Of a stretch of DNA of 64,000 nt, positions 18,950 to 27,629 are shown piece by piece; the first letter of the stretch is position 1; every line of letters starts with the position of its first letter. A program made the translations under genes and the position numbers. A model generated the notes under the pieces. It ran no database searches. It was not told the origin of the DNA and saw only the letters and a program-made list of their open reading frames with translations. The DNA comes from an uncultured bacterium (lineage in GTDB: Bacteria; Chlamydiota; Chlamydiia; Chlamydiales; JACRBE01), in contig CAYSAJ010000003.1 of assembly GCA_964429005.1 (NCBI GenBank), positions 21,153-85,152 of the forward strand, in the 5' to 3' direction.

Positions 18950-19977
18950 AGTTCATGGTAATGCAAGATCAGACCGCGAGATGGGTTTTTCAGCCCAAGA
19001 GGATTAAGCAAATGTTCTGCATCTGATTTCATCCACTTATTTTGTAACAAATTGCTAAGTAATGTAGGTCTAACGTTAATTTCTACGACTTGGTAAGTTT
19101 CTCCAAGATTTGCTTTCATAGCGAGCTCTTTTAGAGTTGCGCGCAGTGTGGCATCTTTTTCATCTACATAACCATACTCATAAGAAGTTTCGGTATCAAA
19201 GACTTTAGCTCCATATTCATTAATCAGCTTAGACTTGTCTAGGCGAGGACGAGATGAAGCTACTAGATCTACAAATCGATGATATTCAGCGTCTACGATG
19301 TTGTTGAGTGACTCATCTTCGTTCTCTTTCCAGGCTCTGAAAGGACTCATCATGTCTTTATCGAGACCTTTTGCGATAGTAACGGCATTGACCCCGTATC
19401 GAGTCATGAGATCTTTAAAATTGAAGAAGGGGCCTATTTTTGCACCAACAGAACCGATTATAGAGACTGGGGCAGCATAAATCATGTCGCCAGCACAAGC
19501 AATTTCATATCCTCCTGAGGCACAGAGGCTGTTAGCAAAAGCGTAAACAGGGACTTTGTATTGATTTTTATATTCTACAATTTGATGGTAGATACTGTTT
19601 GAGTCAGAGGCTGCCCCACCTGGAGAATTGATGTAGAGTAAAATCGCTTTAACCCTGTTGTTGCTAAGTAAGCCTCTTCGGGATTCTATCAAAATTCTCT
19701 CAAGGGTTTCTTCATTGAGTTTTTGAGTTCCGATGACTCCTTCTATCGAGAGCTTCAATATGACAGGTGCCGTAGGAGGTAATAGATCATCATCACCATT
19801 ATGATCTGCACAAAGTGTTACATCTGAGTGGTAAGCTGGAGTGATTTTATTGCCCATAAGAAAGGAGGAGCCAATCAACAAGAGAAAGATTGCAATAAAA
19901 ATTCCTAGGATAGAAAAAAAGGAATTGCAGAAGTACCTAAAGGAGGACAAAAATATCGATTCTTTCATTAGTTGCAT
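18946..19977 (-). CDS. sppA: Signal peptide peptidase SppA (S49 family, 36K type)
   Basis: N-terminal TM plus S49 motifs INSPGGAASDS and CASGGYEIACAGD. It overlaps polA by 4 nt. Confidence 0.85.
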   Translation of the reverse strand: MQLMKESIFLSSFRYFCNSFFSILGIFIAIFLLLIGSSFLMGNKITPAYHSDVTLCADHNGDDDLLPPTAPVILKLSIEGVIGTQKLNEETLERILIESRRGLLSNNRVKAILLYINSPGGAASDSNSIYHQIVEYKNQYKVPVYAFANSLCASGGYEIACAGDMIYAAPVSIIGSVGAKIGPFFNFKDLMTRYGVNAVTIAKGLDKDMMSPFRAWKENEDESLNNIVDAEYHRFVDLVASSRPRLDKSKLINEYGAKVFDTETSYEYGYVDEKDATLRATLKELAMKANLGETYQVVEINVRPTLLSNLLQNKWMKSDAEHLLNPLGLKNPSRGLILHYHEL

Positions 19978-20036
19978 GATTGATCTACTCTGTTAAAATA
20001 TGTAAAAACGATTCTAATCAAGAACGCTTTTTTGTG

Positions 20037-20558
20037 TCACTCATTACCTGCAGGAGAGGATGGATAAAAATCTAGAATGACCATTTCAACTAAAACGAGA
20101 ACTCCGAAGAAAGGAAATAGGTAATAAAAAGCATCGTTCAGGGGAAACTGAAGGGTCATAAAAATTAAAGTAATAAACTGAAGGCCCGTAGAGATTTTTC
20201 CTGATATTACGGGTTGGAATTTGTGTTGCTTCACTTTATCTCGCAAGATCAAGTACCCAAGGAATAATAGGAGGGAAACATCTCTGGATAACATAAGAAC
20301 TACATGCTGGATGGATAAAGAGCCTTCGACAACAAAAACGGTAAGAACAAAAACCACAAAAAATTTGTCCATGAAAGGGTCTAAAAAGGCCCCAAATCTC
20401 GATGTGGTTCCTGACCTGCGGGCAATATAACCATCTATGAGGTCGGTAATAAGAGCAGCAATAAGCGCTCCTAGCCTAATCGTAGGGCTATGAAATAAAA
20501 ACAGGAAGGCTAATGGCCCCCGAATGAAGGTGAGTAGATTAGATGTAACTATCATCAC
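20037..20558 (-). CDS. pgsA: CDP-alcohol phosphatidyltransferase (PgsA-like)
   Basis: Signature DGYIARRSGTTSRFGAFLDPFMDK (DGxxARx8Gx3Dx3D) with multiple TM segments. Confidence 0.8.
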   Translation of the reverse strand: MMIVTSNLLTFIRGPLAFLFLFHSPTIRLGALIAALITDLIDGYIARRSGTTSRFGAFLDPFMDKFFVVFVLTVFVVEGSLSIQHVVLMLSRDVSLLLFLGYLILRDKVKQHKFQPVISGKISTGLQFITLIFMTLQFPLNDAFYYLFPFFGVLVLVEMVILDFYPSSPAGNE

Positions 20559-21166
20559 AAACGTAATTTTTTCTGCCTACCATATTTATAACAAAAAATG
20601 CCAAAAAGCGTAACAATGAATCCGACAAAAATGTAGATATTGAGGGATTTCAATGTTTCAAGCATTTTGTTGAAATTAGCAGAAAGATGAAAAAAGAGTG
20701 TATAAAAAATCGAGCTCCATAAAGCGCAACCTAGTGCATCAAATAAGGCAAATCGAGAGAATTTGACACCACTCATCCCTGAAGAAATAAATATAACGTT
20801 CCTTACTCCAAATGGAATAAACCGGCCTGCGATATAGACTAATGCACCATATTTATCATAAAATTTTTGCATTTTCCCTAGCTTTTCATCGTTTACAACC
20901 TTTTTGAAGGAAGATAGAAAATGAAAGCGATGAATGGATCTTCCGATGAAAAACGCTATCCAAGCAGAAACGATGCTGCTAAATAGGATCACAAAATAGA
21001 GGGGGAAGGTCATCTCGGGGGATGCAGTAGCTGACATAAAAGCGGAAAAGACTAGGAGGACATCAATCGATATGGGGACATTCATCCCGGCTAAAAGGAT
21101 GCAAATCCCAATAATCCAAGGTGCGTAATGGGCGTGAGAAGATATGAAAGAGATGATTGATTCCAT
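20555..21166 (-). CDS. DedA-family membrane protein
   Basis: A multi-TM protein with the DedA-type GRFIPFGVRNVIFISSGMSG segment. It overlaps pgsA by 4 nt. Confidence 0.75.
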   Translation of the reverse strand: MESIISFISSHAHYAPWIIGICILLAGMNVPISIDVLLVFSAFMSATASPEMTFPLYFVILFSSIVSAWIAFFIGRSIHRFHFLSSFKKVVNDEKLGKMQKFYDKYGALVYIAGRFIPFGVRNVIFISSGMSGVKFSRFALFDALGCALWSSIFYTLFFHLSANFNKMLETLKSLNIYIFVGFIVTLFGIFCYKYGRQKKLRL

Positions 21167-21182
21167 AAATCTGGCTCTCTTC

Positions 21183-22754
21183 CTATGTTGATTTCACAAT
21201 AACGTGTTCACCATCGGGAGCAGGTCCAGTATCATCGATATCAATTACTTCAGAAGTTGCTGTTATGTCAGAGAAGCGTCTACCTAAAGATTTTACGGCA
21301 AAAATCCAAGCTCCAACTACCGCAAACAGGATAATACCAACGAAAGGAGTACTTAAAGATACACTACCAAAAATGAGGAGTAAGAATTGATGGATGACGG
21401 ATCCCCCTGATTTCCCAAGGCGTGAACCAACACCATCTATAGCTGCTTTCCCTTTGAGTTTGCATTCATCGCTTAAGGGGATAAAGGCCATTTCTTTGGT
21501 GGCATCAAAAAAGGTAAATTTACAAGCTCTGGAGAAACAGTTTTGCATAGAACCAAAAAATACACCTAGAGCTAGAGGTGACATCCCTACCATGCTGGTA
21601 ATCATGGCTAGTTTAGTGTCTTTAAACAGAAGAAAAGAGAAAAAGAGAACACCTGTAACGAGGAGGATCATGGGCGTTACCATCGCGGAAAGAGTCCATC
21701 CAAATCTTCGTATGACTGGGCCGCAAATAAAAACAGAAATCACCGTGGAAGAGACTCCAATCGCGGACATCACTTTTCCCATGTAAGCATTAAATTCTGC
21801 GGGATTAGGGAAGAGGACACGTACCTGATCTTTCCAGACGATTTCAATCATATTTAATGCGATATTAAATGTGAGGACGATGATGGCTATTCTCATGAGG
21901 TATTTTGATTTCGCAAGGTAAGCGAAATTTTCTCGAATCCCCATTTTGATCTTTTTCAAACTGCTTTCTTGTGGCAGGCCAAGGTCAGCTTGTTCTTTTT
22001 GGAGGGCGGCAGTTAAATATCGATAAAGAACCATGGAAGCGAGGCCGCTGATTACCACAAGTGTGGTCATGACAAAAAGAGAGTATCCCCAATGGTCTTT
22101 AATAAACCAAAGCTGAGTCGGTGCGAATTCGCGAGAAATCCAAACAGAAACCTCTCCAGCGACAATCGTTGCTAAGTTTGCTCCTACACCTAGGATCGCA
22201 TAGAAACGCTTAGCGTCTTTTACGGTAGAAATTGCATTAGTAAAGCCCCAAAAAAGAACGGTCATAATGGTCGTTCCCCAAAGCTCAGACATCACATAGA
22301 ATAGGGTAAAGGTCCAGTTGCGAAAGATCGAGATGAGCCCTTTAAACCCGTACGGTAAGTAAGATTGGAGCCAATCAGCTGTAGAATTAGGGTGGAGAAC
22401 ATCGCGGAATGGATAAAGAACTGTTGAAAAGAGGAAAAAGAAAGATAAAAACATGCCCATCATGACATAGAATACTCTTTCTCTATTATACCGATTCGAT
22501 AGGCGGGTGAAAACATAGGTGAAGAACACGGCCATCGGCAGGATCGCCCAAAATTTAATGAAGGGGATCGCCTCAGCTCCTGAAGCGGGGGCTGTTACGA
22601 CCAAGGCATCTTTGGCCGCTTTAAGAATGCTGTAATTGAAGACGATCAGAGCATAAATCAGCAGCATAGGCAAAAACTTTTTTAATTCTTTCCGGTGGAT
22701 AGGCCATATAAAAGAACGAAGTTTGCTAAAAGCAGGAGCATCTACCGATGACAT
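21183..22754 (-). CDS. ntt: Nucleotide transporter of the ATP/ADP translocase (TLC/NTT) family
   Basis: A 523-aa polytopic protein. The N-terminus (FSKLRSFIWPIHRKELKKFLPMLLIYALIVFNYSILKAAKDALVVTA) and overall pattern are characteristic of chlamydial, rickettsial and plastid NTTs. Confidence 0.9.
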   Translation of the reverse strand: MSSVDAPAFSKLRSFIWPIHRKELKKFLPMLLIYALIVFNYSILKAAKDALVVTAPASGAEAIPFIKFWAILPMAVFFTYVFTRLSNRYNRERVFYVMMGMFLSFFFLFSTVLYPFRDVLHPNSTADWLQSYLPYGFKGLISIFRNWTFTLFYVMSELWGTTIMTVLFWGFTNAISTVKDAKRFYAILGVGANLATIVAGEVSVWISREFAPTQLWFIKDHWGYSLFVMTTLVVISGLASMVLYRYLTAALQKEQADLGLPQESSLKKIKMGIRENFAYLAKSKYLMRIAIIVLTFNIALNMIEIVWKDQVRVLFPNPAEFNAYMGKVMSAIGVSSTVISVFICGPVIRRFGWTLSAMVTPMILLVTGVLFFSFLLFKDTKLAMITSMVGMSPLALGVFFGSMQNCFSRACKFTFFDATKEMAFIPLSDECKLKGKAAIDGVGSRLGKSGGSVIHQFLLLIFGSVSLSTPFVGIILFAVVGAWIFAVKSLGRRFSDITATSEVIDIDDTGPAPDGEHVIVKST

Positions 22755-22974
22755 AGCATTCTCTTTGAGGGATTTCCTCGGTAAGGGGTCACTTTAAAAA
22801 ATATAATTGCTGTAAAAAGAATTTGAATGAAGGGGATCGAGTTAGATTTTCTTTGGTTAACATCAGGATCTAAAAATTGAATTTTGCGTATTTGCAAAAC
22901 TTCCCCAAATCTTCTGAAAAAGATGTCCCCATTATACTACAGGCGGGGAAAAAAACAATGGTTTTCTCTAGCTA

Positions 22975-24171
22975 CTATTTTCTTGTTAATATGTCGATAG
23001 CTGGCAGGGATCCTTTTTCAATTAACTCTAAAGATGCCCCCCCGCCTGTGGACAAATGAGAAAAGGCTGACGACATATGTAGGGATTGAATCGCTGCTAC
23101 TGAATCACCGCCACCAATAATTTTTGTGGCAGGCAACCGCGCTAAAAACTGAGCAAGGGATAGGGTTCCTTTTGCAAACTCTGCTTGTTCAAAAACCCCC
23201 ATAGGACCGTTCCAAAAAATGGTTTTGGATTTAGCCAGAGGTTTTTCCCATTCGAGTATTGTAGCGGGCCCTATGTCTACACCCACCCATTCTGAGGGAG
23301 GGGCTTCATGAATAGAATAAATCTTTTTTTGAGTGAAAGATTCAAAATGATCAACATAAACAATGTCTAATGGGAGGTAAATTTTAATATTGGCATCAAG
23401 AGCCTTTTTTAAAATATTTTTTGCTGTTCCAATGTGTTCTTCTTCGATTAGAGATTTGCCTGTCGCTTTGCCCTCAGCCTTTAAAAAAGTGAAGGCCATC
23501 GCTCCTCCAATAAAAAGAGAGGACACTTTATTTAGAAGGGCTTCAAGGACTCCAATTTTTGTGGAAATTTTAGCGCCACCGACGATAGCACTGAAAGGTT
23601 TTTCTGGGTTGAGGCATTGAGTTAAGTAGTGAAGTTCCTGCTCGACAAGTAATCCAGCTACACTTGTATTAGGTAAAAAAGAAGGCACATAGTATGTAGA
23701 ACTGTGTTTTCTGTGGGATGTCCCAAATGCATCATTTACATAAATATGGGCGTAGGAAGCGAGTTCTTTTGCAAACAAATAAGGAGGATAAGGGTTGGTT
23801 TCTTCTGAATGGAGGCGTAGGTTTTCCAGCAGGAGGATTTCCCCAGATTGAAGTGCTTTGCAGGCGTTTTCTGCTATAGGACCTACACACTCCTGTACAA
23901 ACTTAACAGGTTTTTTAAGAATTTTTCCCAAGTAATCAGCACAAGGCTTGAGGCTGTACTTCGGGTCTTTTTGTCCTTCTACTTTTCCTAAATGGCTCAT
24001 CAGAATGATGGCGCAATCTTGGCTCAGTAAGAATTTAATCGTAGGTAAAGTCGCATCAATACGGGTTGTGTCCGCAATCGTCCCTTGTTTGGTTAAGGGA
24101 ACATTGAAATCCACTCGCATGAGAATTTTTTGCTTTGTGAGAGGAATGTCTTTGATAGTTTTAGGTAGCAT
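22975..24171 (-). CDS. pgk: Phosphoglycerate kinase
   Basis: KQKILMRVDFNVPL and GGGDS motifs. The start was moved to the ATG at 24171 (MLPKTIKD), which has an AAAGGAG SD 5 nt upstream. The track ATG at 24222 falls inside the predicted -35 box. Confidence 0.95.
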   Translation of the reverse strand: MLPKTIKDIPLTKQKILMRVDFNVPLTKQGTIADTTRIDATLPTIKFLLSQDCAIILMSHLGKVEGQKDPKYSLKPCADYLGKILKKPVKFVQECVGPIAENACKALQSGEILLLENLRLHSEETNPYPPYLFAKELASYAHIYVNDAFGTSHRKHSSTYYVPSFLPNTSVAGLLVEQELHYLTQCLNPEKPFSAIVGGAKISTKIGVLEALLNKVSSLFIGGAMAFTFLKAEGKATGKSLIEEEHIGTAKNILKKALDANIKIYLPLDIVYVDHFESFTQKKIYSIHEAPPSEWVGVDIGPATILEWEKPLAKSKTIFWNGPMGVFEQAEFAKGTLSLAQFLARLPATKIIGGGDSVAAIQSLHMSSAFSHLSTGGGASLELIEKGSLPAIDILTRK

Positions 24172-24194
24172 AAGGCTCCTTTTAAAGTATTCTG

Positions 24195-24222
24195 ATTGTA
24201 GGGAAAAGAGCATTTCGATCAA
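24195..24222 (-). promoter_or_regulatory. Sigma70-like promoter for pgk
   Basis: On the minus strand: TTGATC, a 16-nt spacer and TACAAT, about 20 nt upstream of the SD and ATG at 24171. Confidence 0.4.
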
Positions 24223-24343
24223 ATCTATTCTATATGAGAAAACAAATGGTAAAATCTTTCTTGATTTTCTTTACATAATCTTAAATTTGATGAAATAGGT
24301 TGGATCAGTATTCTCAAAGGTGATTGTGGGGGAATTTTTTACT

Positions 24344-24844
24344 ATGAAAGAATTTAGACATAACAAAATCAGACAACATCGTTTATCTTCTGATAAAGAG
24401 GTTTCCTTGATTGAACTCGTTGAAGAGAGCGTGGAATTATTGAAAAAACAATTTCCATCGATTGATTTTGAACTGGATTCTGAAAAAGAGCTTTTTAAAC
24501 AGGGTTCTGTTGATTCAGAAAAATTCTTTTATCTTATCTACTATGTCATCGAAACGATGATTTTCGATTTCCATATTCACAGTCAAATTCGGATTCATAT
24601 GAAACGATCTCTGTTTGAAGGGAAAAGAGGTGTACATATTTCCCTTCATTCCTCAGTTGTGTGTACTCTAGAGCAGGTGAACCAAAGAGTCTTTCAGTCG
24701 ATTTCTCCCGTTAATAAGTTGACAGCAGCTGGTCTCTCATCATGTCAGTTAGCCCATGGGATAGCGCAACAACTTGGAGGGAAGCTCCATTTTGAATATG
24801 GTGTGAATGAGCCACTAGTGGTTCATATTTACTTACAGTTTTGA
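24344..24844 (+). CDS. Hypothetical protein with a degenerate histidine-kinase-like ATPase C-terminus
   Basis: The C-terminal GLSSCQLAHGIAQQLGGKLHFEYGVNEPLVVHIYL resembles the G2-box/lid end of HATPase_c. The N-box Asn and the G1 DxGxG motif are not visible. The start is ambiguous (GTG 24320 or ATG 24344). Confidence 0.4.
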   Translation: MKEFRHNKIRQHRLSSDKEVSLIELVEESVELLKKQFPSIDFELDSEKELFKQGSVDSEKFFYLIYYVIETMIFDFHIHSQIRIHMKRSLFEGKRGVHISLHSSVVCTLEQVNQRVFQSISPVNKLTAAGLSSCQLAHGIAQQLGGKLHFEYGVNEPLVVHIYLQF

Positions 24845-25573
24845 AAAAGGATTTGCTGCTTCATTAAACGAAGTAGATGACTTTCGCCTGGTCAATTCAG
24901 AACGGATTGAAAATAGAAGATCCTGATCAAATTCTTGTCTTCCTGCCCATTTTAGGTAGTCTAAAGGAATTTCATCGAAGGGTCTGCCTTTATGTTTCCC
25001 AAGAGGCATAAATCGAAGTTTAATCGGCTTTGAAAGACGCTCTAACATTTCTTTAGTGGATGAAAAACGTCGAGAGAGGTGAGCAAAGACTTGAATGTTT
25101 ACAATAACATCACTCATGGCTCTATGAGCACCTTCGTTTGAAATATTAAAGTGAGAACGTAGCTGCTCGAGTGAATTAGAAGGAGATTCTCCGTAAAGTC
25201 GCGCAAGTCGCAAAGTATCGATGAACTTTTGATCTAGGATTTTACAAGGTATCGTGGCTCTTTTTGCTTCTTCAGCAATCAGCTGAATGTCAAATAGGAT
25301 TCCATGGCCTACGATAATATGGCCGCTCATCATTTTCAAGCATTGAGGGAGGATATCTTTGATAGTTGGTTTGTCTTTTACCATCTCATTGGTGATGTGA
25401 TGGATTTTTGTAGATTCCTCTGGGATGTCACATTCAGGGTTAACGAGAGTTTCGTAAGATTCCACATGTTGATCCCCTCGAAATTTTACGATAGCGATCT
25501 CAATAAGACGGTTTGTTTTCGGATCTAATCCTGTGGATTCACAATCTACACAGATGAATGTGTCGTTGATCAT
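24833..25573 (-). CDS. DnaQ-like 3'-5' exonuclease with a C-terminal DUF3820-like tail
   Basis: Exo motifs CVDCESTGLD (I), GHGILFD (II) and HRAMSDV (III). The C-terminal KHKGRPFDEIPLDYLKWA matches my recollection of the DUF3820 motif. Confidence 0.8.
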   Translation of the reverse strand: MINDTFICVDCESTGLDPKTNRLIEIAIVKFRGDQHVESYETLVNPECDIPEESTKIHHITNEMVKDKPTIKDILPQCLKMMSGHIIVGHGILFDIQLIAEEAKRATIPCKILDQKFIDTLRLARLYGESPSNSLEQLRSHFNISNEGAHRAMSDVIVNIQVFAHLSRRFSSTKEMLERLSKPIKLRFMPLGKHKGRPFDEIPLDYLKWAGRQEFDQDLLFSIRSELTRRKSSTSFNEAANPFSKL

Positions 25574-26172
25574 TATATAGTGCCTAATTCTTTGAGAACC
25601 CGATCTTTGCCTATCGCATTCTTAATAGTGAACGGGATAATAGCTTTGACAGAATTCGTTAGTGAGTGGAGTTGCTTAGTGATAATTTCTATTTGTTTTT
25701 TTTCTTCACTGGGGGTGAGCTTGTCAGTTTTTGTAATAATAGCAACAATCGGAAGTTCTATTGTGCCAAGCCACTTGATTAAATCAATGTCGGATGTGTT
25801 TAACTCTTCAGGCCTTGAATCTAAAAGAAGAAGGCAAAAAGGATTGTAGCGCCCCATATCAAAATAAGATGTCATGAGTTCATCCCACGATGAACGTTGA
25901 GACGAAGGGGTTTTAGCAAAACCATAACCTGGTAAGTCCACAACAAAGAGCTGCTCATTAACTAAAAAAAAGTTGAGGGTCTGAGTTTTTCCAGGAACTT
26001 GTGAGACTTTAGCGAGGAGTTTATTCCCAAAAATATGGTTAATGAGAGAGGATTTGCCTACGTTAGAACGTCCAAAAATGGGAATTTCGGGAAGGCGACC
26101 TTTATTTACTTCTTTCAGTTGGGAGATATTGCCGATGACCCGATGTAAAACAACTTGATAGGTTTTTTTCAT
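25573..26172 (-). CDS. engB: Ribosome biogenesis GTP-binding protein EngB/YsxC
   Basis: G1 GRSNVGKSSLIN, G3 DLPGYG and G4 TKTDK. TAATG overlap with the downstream gene. Confidence 0.9.
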   Translation of the reverse strand: MKKTYQVVLHRVIGNISQLKEVNKGRLPEIPIFGRSNVGKSSLINHIFGNKLLAKVSQVPGKTQTLNFFLVNEQLFVVDLPGYGFAKTPSSQRSSWDELMTSYFDMGRYNPFCLLLLDSRPEELNTSDIDLIKWLGTIELPIVAIITKTDKLTPSEEKKQIEIITKQLHSLTNSVKAIIPFTIKNAIGKDRVLKELGTI

Positions 26173-26615
26173 AGTAATTCAATACTCCGGCTTTCATCTC
26201 CCTCGTAAGAAAGGTAGATTTTTCTATGATCCTCAGGAAGAATAGACTCAATTCGTTCTGCCCATTCTATGATTGAGATGTGGGAAGAATCAAAGTACTC
26301 TTCGAATCCCATCGTCGTAAATTCTTCAGGATGAGAAAGTCTATACAAATCAAAATGACAAATGATCGGATTCTCACCGTATTCAATCACATAGGAAAAA
26401 GTTGGGCTTTGAATAGCATGGTAGGACGCCCCTGTTAGGGAATGAATTAAAGCCTTGGCAAAAGCTGTTTTGCCAGCGCCTAAAGGACCGTGCAGGCAAA
26501 TAACAGAACCAGGCTTGAGCTCAAGAGCGAAATCACAGGCTATCTGTTGCGTTTCTTCAATACTATGCGAAAGCCACTTATTCTTCTTCAAACCACTTCT
26601 CAGTAAATGGGGCAA
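26169..26615 (-). CDS. tsaE: tRNA t6A37 biosynthesis ATPase TsaE
   Basis: LHGPLGAGKTAFAKALI P-loop and HFDLYRL motif. The track start at 26615 is a TTG that overlaps the upstream gene by 38 nt, so the true start is uncertain. Confidence 0.8.
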   Translation of the reverse strand: MPHLLRSGLKKNKWLSHSIEETQQIACDFALELKPGSVICLHGPLGAGKTAFAKALIHSLTGASYHAIQSPTFSYVIEYGENPIICHFDLYRLSHPEEFTTMGFEEYFDSSHISIIEWAERIESILPEDHRKIYLSYEGDESRSIELL

Positions 26616-27312
26616 GCTCTTCGTCTTGATTCATGGCTTCGATAAAGGAAGCTATGTTTGTCTCTTCAATTTGATTTTGAATAAATTCCATGAATTGATC
26701 TTCAATTTGGAATCTGTTTTGTGTTGGAACTTCTACTAGAGAAAGAGCTTTAAGCTGATTCTTGCAGAAGTCTTCGATCACTGATTTTTTGCTATTGTAG
26801 AGTTTGCCGGAGATTACAGAAGAAAAAACGATTTTTTTGATCGGTTCTTTTCTTTTTTCAATATAATTTTGAATGACCTCGGGATCTTCAGAAACAAAAA
26901 ATTTCTTAGCTGGGAGGCCTCCCACTCTTTCTGTGTTTTCAGGACATCTTGCTACCCAATCATAAATGGCGTCGAGAGGGTTAGGGTGGGTGTTGTCGCC
27001 AAATACTTTGCCTGAGAAGGGGCAGATATAAATTCTTTTTGTTAATTGATTAACAGCTTTTTGACCAACTTGAATTTTAATTTCTGTTTCTCTCCAAAGC
27101 TTTCCTTGTTTTTCAAGGAGCGCAATCACTTCTTGTTCACTTCGGTAGATACGTTTTTCTTTAAGAAAGAGGACAGGGTGGATTTGAAATTTATTTTCTA
27201 TATACAACAAGTAGGTCGTAAGGAGATCAGCCCCTTTATGCTTAGAAAGATAGCTAATTAAAAGTTTCTTTTGCTCTTTGCTAATATGCATCTTTTCAGT
27301 TTTCATCAACAT
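26578..27312 (-). CDS. Conserved-looking hypothetical protein (244 aa), first gene of the tsaE-engB-dnaQ-like array
   Basis: Long ORF with good coding appearance and a central segment YICPFSGKVFGDNTHPNPLDAIYDWVARCPENTER. No family recognised. Confidence 0.6.
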   Translation of the reverse strand: MLMKTEKMHISKEQKKLLISYLSKHKGADLLTTYLLYIENKFQIHPVLFLKEKRIYRSEQEVIALLEKQGKLWRETEIKIQVGQKAVNQLTKRIYICPFSGKVFGDNTHPNPLDAIYDWVARCPENTERVGGLPAKKFFVSEDPEVIQNYIEKRKEPIKKIVFSSVISGKLYNSKKSVIEDFCKNQLKALSLVEVPTQNRFQIEDQFMEFIQNQIEETNIASFIEAMNQDEELAPFTEKWFEEE

Positions 27313-27567
27313 CCTATCTCTTCTGTTAACTTATGGGAAAATGCCAAAAGGCCTTTAAATTCCTACAAGGTTAATGGATCTACTTTTAAATCTCAAGAGA
27401 TTCGCTGTAAGCTCTGGAGAAGGGAAATAGAAGTTGTCGATTCTGAGGCAATTAATTAATTTAATACGATTAATCTCAATTCTTTATTAATCTGTTCTTT
27501 TAATGCTTTTTTTCAATTTTTGGTTAAAATGAAATATTAAAAATTTGAGATTGCAAAGAGAAGTCGA

Positions 27568-27596
27568 TTGATTTTAGACACTTGCCATGCTATTCT
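27568..27596 (+). promoter_or_regulatory. Possible sigma70-like promoter for the leucine dehydrogenase gene
   Basis: TTGATT, a 17-nt spacer and TATTCT, about 34 nt upstream of the ATG at 27630. Confidence 0.3.
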
Positions 27597-27629
27597 CGAT
27601 CCAAATCAGAGGAAGATAAGGGTAAAAAT

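Noticed and set aside
21394-21786. 130-aa plus-strand ORF antisense to the NTT transporter gene
   Set aside because: It is a shadow ORF opposite a strongly supported membrane-protein gene, with no SD or motif.
22927-22955. CCCC…GGGG hairpin followed by an A-run downstream of pgk, considered as a terminator
   Set aside because: On the pgk (minus) strand the U-run precedes the hairpin rather than following it. On the plus strand the hairpin is followed by A residues. The geometry is wrong for an intrinsic terminator in either direction, and the stem is only 4 bp.
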